NCBI GenBank assembly: GCA_964527235.1
Contig: CAZGNC010000002.1
Coordinates: 82,381 to 146,380, forward strand
Source: an uncultured Candidatus Saccharibacteria bacterium
GTDB lineage: Bacteria > Patescibacteriota > Minisyncoccia > Phycocordibacterales > UBA9973
Reading direction: 5' to 3'
DNA length: 64,000 nucleotides
Shown: one piece after another, positions 57,156 to 64,000 of the stretch
Position numbering within the stretch: the first letter of the stretch is position 1
How the letters are laid out: each line of letters starts with the position of its first letter
Notes under the pieces: model-generated
What the model saw: the letters and a program-made list of their open reading frames with translations, nothing else
Told to the model about the DNA's origin: nothing
Databases searched by the model: none
Translations under genes and position numbers: made by a program

Positions 57156-57953
57156 TCACAAATCAATTTCTATAGAAACAGGGCAGTGGTCGCTCCCTAA
57201 GACTTCGGGTAGGATTTTCGCACTTTTTATTTTCTTTTCTAGTTTTTTACTTGTGAATATATAGTCTATCCTCCAGCCGACGTTCCTGGCGCGAGCGTTG
57301 GCAAAATGGCTCCACCAGCTGTAGTGGCCTGGGCCTTTAGTAAATATTCTGAATGTATCTACAAATCCAGCATCTATGAAGTTCTGCAATCCCTCGCGCT
57401 CTTCATCTGTGAAGCCCTTGTTGCCCACATTTTCCTTAGGTCGGGCTAGATCGTCTGGCGTATGAGCGACGTTGAGATCCCCGCAGAATATCACGGGTTT
57501 ATTTTTCTCTAATTCCTTCATGTATTCAAGAAATGCAGGATCCCATTTCTTGTGTCGAAGTGGTATGCGAGATAGGTCGTCTTTGGCGTTTGGAGTGTAG
57601 ACGCTGACTACATAGAAACTTTTAAATTCAGCAACAACTATTCGGCCCTCCTTGGTGACATCACCGTATTTGTCTTTATTTAAATTATATTTCTTAGATA
57701 TTTTTTCTGGCCAGCCGAGAGCAATAGAGAGAGGCTTCTCTTTAGTGAATATCGCGGTGCCACTGTAGCCTTTCTTCTCTGCAGAATTCCAATACTCTTC
57801 GTACTGGGGTAGGTCCATTTCGTTCTGGTTTTGTTCTGCTTTAGTTTCTTGAAGGCACAGGATATCAGGATTGTGCTCTTTAATGAAGGGGAGGAATAGC
57901 CCCTTTTTGTGTACTGCTCTGATGCCGTTGACGTTCCATGAAATTATTTTCAT
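57156..57953 (-). CDS. xth: Exodeoxyribonuclease III / AP endonuclease
   Basis: SWNVNGIRA, CLQETK, GYSGTA, CGDLNVAH, GWRIDY, GSDHCP. Confidence 0.96.
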   Translation of the reverse strand: MKIISWNVNGIRAVHKKGLFLPFIKEHNPDILCLQETKAEQNQNEMDLPQYEEYWNSAEKKGYSGTAIFTKEKPLSIALGWPEKISKKYNLNKDKYGDVTKEGRIVVAEFKSFYVVSVYTPNAKDDLSRIPLRHKKWDPAFLEYMKELEKNKPVIFCGDLNVAHTPDDLARPKENVGNKGFTDEEREGLQNFIDAGFVDTFRIFTKGPGHYSWWSHFANARARNVGWRIDYIFTSKKLEKKIKSAKILPEVLGSDHCPVSIEIDL

Positions 57954-57959
57954 ATTGTT

Positions 57960-58937
57960 TTATTTTTTACTATGAAACTTCTTATGTATTTCTTTTAAAT
58001 GTTTATCTGTGACGTGGGTGTATATTTGCGTAGTGATAATGCTCGAATGGCCTAGTAGTGATTGCACAGATCGTATGTCTGCGCCGTTTGAGAGTAGGTC
58101 AGTGGCGAAGCAGTGTCGTATAACGTGCGGAGTTACTTTCTTGGCGATGCCCGCCTTAGTTGCGTAGAACTTTACTATTCGTTCTATCGAACGTCGGTCG
58201 AGGTTGCCGTATTCTTTACCTTTGTGTTTTTTCTTGTCATCACTTCCACTTTTTTTGTTTTTAGTTTTACTTAGTTCTGCGGGCTCGATACTTACGAAGA
58301 GCCCTTCTTCCATATCTTTGCGAGCATCTAGATATCTTTTCAGTGCAGATCTGGCTCGGTCAGAGATGAACACTACTCTTATTTTTCCACCCTTACCACG
58401 TACTGAGAGTTCTTCGGAGTTTGAGTTTAGGTTGCGCGATAGGGAACATAGCTCTCCCACGCGGAGCCCAGTAGAAAATAGTACTTCAAGTATGGCTTTG
58501 TCTCGCAATTCTTTTATGTCACTTCCTGATGGTGCAGCCAGAAGTCGCTCTAGTTCTTCGGCTGTTATAAGGTCTAGGTGTCTTTCATTTAGCTTTGCTA
58601 GTTCTATCTTGTCAGAGTTCATCGAGGTTATGTCTCTCTTGGCTAGATACTTAAGGAACATCCTCAGTGCAGTCATATAGTAGTTCTGAGTTCGTTTTGA
58701 AATTGTTTCGCGAATGTCTTTGTTGCGACCGGTGGGTTGGTTGTTGAGCCAAAGACGAAACTCTCTCACAGAGTCGAGGTTGATCTTGTCGGGACTCTTT
58801 ATCCCTTTTTTCTTTTCTATAAAATCCAAGTACTTACCGAGATAGAAGTCGTAGTTCTCGATAGTGCGTAACGCCGCCCCGCGCTCTATCTCTAAGTATT
58901 CTAAGAATTGCGTTTTAAGTTCTTTGAGTGTTGCCAC
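57960..58937 (-). CDS. XerC/XerD-like tyrosine recombinase
   Basis: LFSTGLRVGEL, GKGGK.R, TPHVIRHCFAT, LLGH, TTQIYTH; GTG start 6 nt from TGCTAGAAT. Confidence 0.92.
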   Translation of the reverse strand: MATLKELKTQFLEYLEIERGAALRTIENYDFYLGKYLDFIEKKKGIKSPDKINLDSVREFRLWLNNQPTGRNKDIRETISKRTQNYYMTALRMFLKYLAKRDITSMNSDKIELAKLNERHLDLITAEELERLLAAPSGSDIKELRDKAILEVLFSTGLRVGELCSLSRNLNSNSEELSVRGKGGKIRVVFISDRARSALKRYLDARKDMEEGLFVSIEPAELSKTKNKKSGSDDKKKHKGKEYGNLDRRSIERIVKFYATKAGIAKKVTPHVIRHCFATDLLSNGADIRSVQSLLGHSSIITTQIYTHVTDKHLKEIHKKFHSKK

Positions 58938-59065
58938 CCCAATATTCTAGCATTTTATTGTCTGGGACATTGTGCGACATGGGTTGACTTTTGGGTGTTT
59001 TTATGTTTAATATATAGTAGGTTTGTAGTTCGTCTCAGGTTCACCCTTTAGAAGGAAAAGGTCCC

Positions 59066-59398
59066 ATGAACAGTGTCATTGCGCGTCGCCAGGGAATCCT
59101 TGTCCGGGCGGTCATCGTCATTCTTGCTCTTGCAAGCGTGGCGATCACAACCTCTCGCTCGCCGGTCAGGGCCTCAGTGAGGGGTGAAATCCCCGCTGAC
59201 GGGGAAACGTGGATCAAGGTGGATTCGGGTCGGCACGTGTTGGTGCCGAGCGAGGACATGATGTCGCTCACTCGCTTCCAGATCGACTCGATCTTGTGCA
59301 AGTGGGAGCCGGAGAATGCTCCGGCGGTGTATTGCAACCCTGCTGATCGCAAGGTGTTCACGCCGGACAGCGTCCGGCGGATGGTCGGGACGAAGTAG
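59066..59398 (+). CDS. GC-rich orphan protein with N-terminal signal/TM segment
   Basis: 110-aa ORF with upstream AAGGA and a downstream GC hairpin. Confidence 0.55.
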   Translation: MNSVIARRQGILVRAVIVILALASVAITTSRSPVRASVRGEIPADGETWIKVDSGRHVLVPSEDMMSLTRFQIDSILCKWEPENAPAVYCNPADRKVFTPDSVRRMVGTK

Positions 59399-59416
59399 TT
59401 TCGTCCCCAGTGTTAC

Positions 59417-59440
59417 CGGCCCCGCCCACAAGCGGGGCCG
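59417..59440 (+). terminator. GC-rich hairpin after the orphan gene
   Basis: CGGCCCCGC-CCACAA-GCGGGGCCG followed by TATCTATTT. Confidence 0.6.
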
Positions 59441-59496
59441 TATCTATTTCCATAGACCCCCTTGCTTTTTTATAGGTTTTATGCTAGGATATACGT

Positions 59497-59760
59497 ATGT
59501 TAGCTACAAAGAAAAAACAGACAATTATTAAGAAACATCAGATTCACGAGAAAGATACTGGCTCCCCAGAGGTGCAGGTAGCTGTTTTGTCTACTCAAAT
59601 CGACGAATTAGCCAAGCATTTGAAGAAGCACAAGAAGGATAATCACTCCCGAAGAGGCCTAATCAAGATGGTTGCTGATCGCCGAACTCATTTGAAATAT
59701 TTAGAGCGCAAAAACAAGACTCGTTACGATGCTTTGGTCAAGAAAATGGACCTCGCGTAA
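59497..59760 (+). CDS. rpsO: 30S ribosomal protein S15
   Basis: DTGSPEVQVA.L, HLKKHKKDNHSRRGL. Confidence 0.98.
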   Translation: MLATKKKQTIIKKHQIHEKDTGSPEVQVAVLSTQIDELAKHLKKHKKDNHSRRGLIKMVADRRTHLKYLERKNKTRYDALVKKMDLA

Positions 59761-59786
59761 TATCTCCTCGGTGCTATAATTAAAAT

Positions 59787-60302
59787 ATGACAGTTATAAA
59801 ACATAAAGAACAGCGTGTCGGGGTTTTTATCGATACGCAAAATCTCTATCACAGTGCTCGCAATTTATATAAAGCTCGGGTTAATTTCGGTGCGGTATTA
59901 AAAGATGCAGTCGCGGGGCGCAAGCTCGTGCGTGCGGTGGCGTACGTCATCACTACCGAAGCGGGGGATGAGAAGAATTTCTTCGAAGCTCTAGAGAAGT
60001 TAGGTATCGAAACCAAGACTAAAGATTTACAAATTTTTGCTGGCGGATCCAAGAAAGCTGACTGGGACGTGGGTCTTGCAGTAGATGCTATCAAGATGTC
60101 TGCGCGACTAGACTCTGTAATAATTGTTTCTGGAGACGGGGACTTTATTCCTCTTGTTGAATACTTACAGACTATCGGTGTGCAGGTTGAGGTGGTTTCG
60201 TTTGGTAAATCAACTTCTGGGAAACTACGTGAAACTGTAGATGACTTCGTGGATCTTTCTGAGAATCCTCGCAAGTATCTCATGATGAGTGGTGGGAAAT
60301 AG
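59787..60302 (+). CDS. NYN domain (LabA/DUF88) protein
   Basis: FIDTQNLY, KADWDVGLAVDA, SGDGDF, L....DDF.DL. Confidence 0.92.
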   Translation: MTVIKHKEQRVGVFIDTQNLYHSARNLYKARVNFGAVLKDAVAGRKLVRAVAYVITTEAGDEKNFFEALEKLGIETKTKDLQIFAGGSKKADWDVGLAVDAIKMSARLDSVIIVSGDGDFIPLVEYLQTIGVQVEVVSFGKSTSGKLRETVDDFVDLSENPRKYLMMSGGK

Positions 60303-60391
60303 GGCTTGACCTAACATAAGTTCGGGTGTAGTTTGAGCTTAGAGTTCTTACTCGTTTGTTACTGTGTTATTCCTCAACAGGAGTGTGTGCC

Positions 60392-60808
60392 ATGGAAATG
60401 CCTCGCGGTACGGCTGACAGGAAGGACAGGATCCATATCTTGTCGCAGATCTGCGATTCTGTTCTCCCATACGTCTGCCAGCAGCAAGCTGAGTACCACA
60501 ATATCTGGGCTGTTGTTGCGGAGAAGGTGCCTGGATTTGTTCTTCTGCTTGCTGCAGGCAATGTATGGTATGAGGTTGCTGACTTCGACGATCGGCGCCT
60601 GGCAGTATGTGACTGGAGCAGGTATTCGTACGAGAACATCTTGCTCAGCTTAGCAACTGCTGTTGGGCAAGCACTTGATTGCCCGATCGAGGATGCAACA
60701 GCTTCAGGCGGAATTCCGCCCGAAGCAGTCCGTTCAAGACTCCTGGCTGTGCAGGAAGTCCTAAATGGCATTGTCGCACAGGAACTTCGTGCGTCGGCTC
60801 TCAAGTAG
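60392..60808 (+). CDS. GC-rich orphan protein
   Basis: AGGAG-N8-ATG, TTGACC-N17-TAGTTT upstream and a terminator downstream. Confidence 0.55.
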   Translation: MEMPRGTADRKDRIHILSQICDSVLPYVCQQQAEYHNIWAVVAEKVPGFVLLLAAGNVWYEVADFDDRRLAVCDWSRYSYENILLSLATAVGQALDCPIEDATASGGIPPEAVRSRLLAVQEVLNGIVAQELRASALK

Positions 60809-60832
60809 CCTGTTCCGACATCGTTCTGGATG

Positions 60833-60867
60833 GCGGGCGCCTCAATCGAGGCGCCCGCTTTTTGTTT
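60833..60867 (+). terminator. Intrinsic terminator
   Basis: GCGGGCGCCTC-AATC-GAGGCGCCCGC-TTTTTGTTT. Confidence 0.85.
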
Positions 60868-60917
60868 GATTTTTCACTTGAAAATGCTAATCTATACTAA
60901 GTAATTATTAGTTAATC

Positions 60918-60987
60918 AGTTCGCGTTCGGACACATAGTAATTGTTCTTGAAGTATAAGGAACAATACTGCAGTTCGAACACGAGCT
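60918..60987 (+). promoter_or_regulatory. Long leader hairpin of pnp
   Basis: AGTTCG/CGAGCT, GTTCGGAC/GTTCGAAC, TAGT/ACTG and ATTGTTCTT/AGGAACAAT stacked helices with G-U pairs. Confidence 0.7.
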
Positions 60988-60998
60988 CTAAGTAAATT

Positions 60999-63113
60999 AT
61001 GCAAAAAAAAGAATATAGTTTAGAGATCGGCGGTAAAACCCTAACGGCTATTTTTACCGATTTGGCAGAGCAGGCTCACGGTTCAGTGATGCTTAAGTAT
61101 GGCGAGACTATTGTCTTGGCTACAACTTGTATATCAAAAGACAAGCAAGAAGGTCTTGGCTTTTTTAATTTAACTGTAGACTATGTTGAGAGGTTTTATG
61201 CTGCGGGTAAGATTTCTGGATCGAAGTTTGTGAAGAGAGAAGGCAAACCCAGCGAAGACGCCATACTAGCTAGTCGTGTCATCGACCGCACACTACGCCC
61301 GTTATTTGATCAGTCTATTCGCCATGCGGTGCAGGTGATAGTGACGGTTATATCAGTAGATGATAACGACCCTACAATTCTCGCAGTTAATGCTGTATCC
61401 CTTGCACTAGCAGTATCGGACATTCCATGGAACGGCCCAGTAGGCGCAGTACGTATAGGTAGATACGATGATGAAACTCTTAAAGTAAATGCAGTTCAGG
61501 GTCTTCGTGAAGATGATGCGAAATATAAATTCGACCTTACTGTTTGCGGTAAGGATGGCAACATCAACATGATCGAGGCTTCGGCGCACCAGACTAGCGA
61601 GGATGAGCTTGAAAGTGCCCTTGCGCAAGCAGTAGAAGAAATCGCTAAGCTTGAGAATTTCCAGAAACAAATAGTCAAAGAAATCGGTAAAGTAAAAAGA
61701 GTTATCGAGAAAGAAGAAATAAATCCCGAGTCAGTCGAACTATTTAAAGAAAATATATTACCAAAGATGGAGCAGGCTATTTTCGCTGGTCCAGGAAAGA
61801 AGGAGATAGACGCACTGCACAGTGAATGGAACAAAATGGTGAAAGCCAAGTATCCAGACAGGAAAGATTTTGCTTTAGAAGACGCGCTTTTTGACGACAC
61901 TGAAAATGACATATTACACAAGAAGGCGATAGAGAGTGACAAGCGCGCCGACGGGCGAGCCATGGATGAGCTACGCGATCTCTATGCGCAAGCAGGAGGG
62001 CTATCGACCGTACTACATGGTTCTGGGATTTTCTATCGAGGAGGTACGCACGTTCTCTCTGTTCTAACTCTTGGAGGACCAGAAGATAAACACATGGTTG
62101 ACGGCATGCAGACAAAGTCTGAGAAAAGATTTATGCACCACTACAACTTCCCACCTTATTCAGCAGGTGAGGTTGGTCGTGCAGGATTTACCAATCGTCG
62201 TGAAGTTGGGCACGGAGCGCTGGCTGAGAAAGCATTGCTCATGGTTCTGCCTTCTCCGGTAGAGTTCCCATACACTATGCGTGTAGTTTCTGAATCAATG
62301 GCATCCAACGGTTCTACCTCACAGGCGTCTATCTGTGCAGGCACACTCGCGCTAATGGATGGTGGCGTACCTATCAAGGCACCTGTTGCTGGTATCGCGA
62401 TGGGGTTGATGTATGAGAGTGATAGTAAATATAAAATTCTTACTGACATTCAAGGCCCTGAAGATCATCACGGAGATATGGATTTCAAAGTTGCCGGCAC
62501 TCGCGAAGGCATCACCGCGATTCAGCTCGATGTGAAAGTCGATGGCGTGCCAGTTAAGATCCTAGGCGAAGCTATGCGTCAGTCAAAGAAAGCCCGCCTT
62601 TCTATAATCGACAGAATTGAGAAAGAAATAAGTGCCCCAAGAAAAGAAATTTCTACCAATGCGCCGAAGATATTGATGATGAGAATTAAGCCTGATCAGA
62701 TAGGGATGGTTATAGGTAGTGGTGGTAAGACAATCAAAGAAATAAAGGAAAACAGTGGTGCTGAAATCACTATCGAAGATGATGGTACTGTGTACTTCAC
62801 AGGTAAAGACGGCTCTGCTGAGAAAGCTAAGAAAATAGTAGAAGAAATGACTCATGAATTTAAAATTGGCGAAACTCTGAAAGGCGAAGTTGTGAAAATT
62901 GCCGACTTCGGAGCATTTGTGAAATTAAATTCTTGGACTGATGGCATGGTGCATATTTCAGAGATGGCGCCATTTCGCGTAGAGCGAGTTTCGGATATAA
63001 TAAAAGAAGGAATGATTGTGCCAGTGAAAGTTATCAAGATAGATACTGAACGTGGCAAACTAAGTTTGTCGATTAAAGAAGCAGATAAAGATTTCTTTAA
63101 GAAGCCTTTATAG
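60999..63113 (+). CDS. pnp: Polyribonucleotide nucleotidyltransferase (PNPase)
   Basis: Two RNase PH domains, HYNFPPYS, RREVGHG, SNGSTS, TDIQGPEDHHGDMDFKVAG, KH and S1 domains. Confidence 0.98.
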   Translation: MQKKEYSLEIGGKTLTAIFTDLAEQAHGSVMLKYGETIVLATTCISKDKQEGLGFFNLTVDYVERFYAAGKISGSKFVKREGKPSEDAILASRVIDRTLRPLFDQSIRHAVQVIVTVISVDDNDPTILAVNAVSLALAVSDIPWNGPVGAVRIGRYDDETLKVNAVQGLREDDAKYKFDLTVCGKDGNINMIEASAHQTSEDELESALAQAVEEIAKLENFQKQIVKEIGKVKRVIEKEEINPESVELFKENILPKMEQAIFAGPGKKEIDALHSEWNKMVKAKYPDRKDFALEDALFDDTENDILHKKAIESDKRADGRAMDELRDLYAQAGGLSTVLHGSGIFYRGGTHVLSVLTLGGPEDKHMVDGMQTKSEKRFMHHYNFPPYSAGEVGRAGFTNRREVGHGALAEKALLMVLPSPVEFPYTMRVVSESMASNGSTSQASICAGTLALMDGGVPIKAPVAGIAMGLMYESDSKYKILTDIQGPEDHHGDMDFKVAGTREGITAIQLDVKVDGVPVKILGEAMRQSKKARLSIIDRIEKEISAPRKEISTNAPKILMMRIKPDQIGMVIGSGGKTIKEIKENSGAEITIEDDGTVYFTGKDGSAEKAKKIVEEMTHEFKIGETLKGEVVKIADFGAFVKLNSWTDGMVHISEMAPFRVERVSDIIKEGMIVPVKVIKIDTERGKLSLSIKEADKDFFKKPL

Positions 63114-63125
63114 AGTTAGTTCAAA

Positions 63126-64000
63126 ATGGAAAATTTAGAGCCAACAACAGAGCCTATAAAAATACCAAAAGTGAAAACCTATGCCGATGATATGGTGGGG
63201 GTAATTCAGGATGGCGGGGAAGGTCTCGTGAAGAAGATAATGGAAGAGCAGGCGCAACAGGAACACATAAAAAGGACCATGACTGTTCAGTCTCGCAAGA
63301 ATGTCATGTATATGATATTGGCGATATTGATTGTCCTCTTGGCTATCGCTGGAGTTGTGGCTCTAGTTATTTATCAGAAAAATAATGAAACAGTCGAAGT
63401 TGCTCCTAGGGTGACGCCTGTTTTATTTACCGACAAGACAGAGCTCATCGAGATCGAAGGCTTTAGTAAACGCGACATATCAAGTAGTGTTAGGAATTTA
63501 GTTCGCAATACTACTTTAGAGCTTGGTAGAATACGAGATATATCTTTAACCGAGAACGGGCAAGCTGTTACGCTTGAGAGATTTTTGAAATTGACTGAAG
63601 GTAGTTTCCCCGTAGCTCGCACCGACCTTGTGCGCAACTTCTTTATCGGAGTCTTGGGTCGCGACGTTGGTGTCGAAGAAGCTAAGGGCGGAGAATTATT
63701 TTTCTTACTGAAAGTAATTTCCTTTAATGATGTTTTCGTTACGATGCGCTTCTGGGAGAAGAAGATGTTTGGAGATTTATATGATTTCTTCGGTATAGAT
63801 ATTACTCCTGAAAATAGCTACCTCCTTACTAAGGACTTCGAAGATGGCATTGTCGAGAATAAGAATGCTCGTGTTTTGTACGACAATAACCGCAATATTG
63901 TGTTTTCCTATGTGTTTATAGACGATAAAACCATTGTAATATCTACCTCTCCAGCCCCTGTGCGAGAAGTAATACTGCGTCTCACTTACGGTGAAGTACG
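63126..64000 (+). CDS. Membrane-anchored hypothetical protein, runs off the window end
   Basis: Manual translation MENLEPTTEP..KVKTYADDM...TM (ILAILIVLLAIAGVVALVIY)...MRFWEKKMFGDL...FEDGIVENKNARVL; open to the window end. Confidence 0.7.
   Translation, partial: MENLEPTTEPIKIPKVKTYADDMVGVIQDGGEGLVKKIMEEQAQQEHIKRTMTVQSRKNVMYMILAILIVLLAIAGVVALVIYQKNNETVEVAPRVTPVLFTDKTELIEIEGFSKRDISSSVRNLVRNTTLELGRIRDISLTENGQAVTLERFLKLTEGSFPVARTDLVRNFFIGVLGRDVGVEEAKGGELFFLLKVISFNDVFVTMRFWEKKMFGDLYDFFGIDITPENSYLLTKDFEDGIVENKNARVLYDNNRNIVFSYVFIDDKTIVISTSPAPVREVILRLTYGEV

Noticed and set aside
57960-59440. Tyrosine recombinase as the integrase of the adjacent GC-rich orphan
   Set aside because: The protein has housekeeping Xer size and motifs and native composition. 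No att repeats or adjacent tRNA target were seen.
1-64000. CRISPR arrays, rRNA, IS elements, introns, recoded stop codons
   Set aside because: No regularly spaced repeats, transposase or rRNA-like sequence was seen. Core genes translate intact with code 11, including TGA used as a stop.

Overview
This is the replication-origin region of a reduced-genome Patescibacteria (CPR) chromosome. Gene content and protein style suggest Parcubacteria, possibly Nomurabacteria (inference). The core is dnaN-dnaA with a candidate bipartite oriC, next to rpmH-rnpA-yidD-yidC-jag. Other housekeeping genes are holA, polA, ruvB-yebC-ruvC, tyrS, a class A PBP, rsmA, pcrA, cca, xth, a Xer recombinase, rpsO and pnp. 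Accessory content: (i) a ~13.5 kb relaxase-less T4SS-like cluster (PrgI, a two-gene VirB4, VirB6-like) that includes a VirB2-type pilin fused to an M15 peptidoglycan peptidase; (ii) an alpha-glucan cluster (cupin PGI, GlgA, GH57, phosphorylase); (iii) a four-gene signalling module with a stand-alone His-rich multi-TM protein and a kinase with an altered G1 box; (iv) an isolated dapF with a divergent ACT-type regulator; (v) four tRNAs. Non-coding signals found by reading the DNA: seven parS-like palindromes in ~1 kb (five inside coding sequence) beside DnaA boxes, a 6S-like rod-shaped RNA, a tRNA-Pro whose CCA overlaps a start codon, structured leaders on an M23 peptidase gene and on pnp, pervasive leaderless promoter geometry, and several SD-led orphan islets. 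No CRISPR array, rRNA or IS element was seen. All calls rest on motif recognition by eye, with no database searches.
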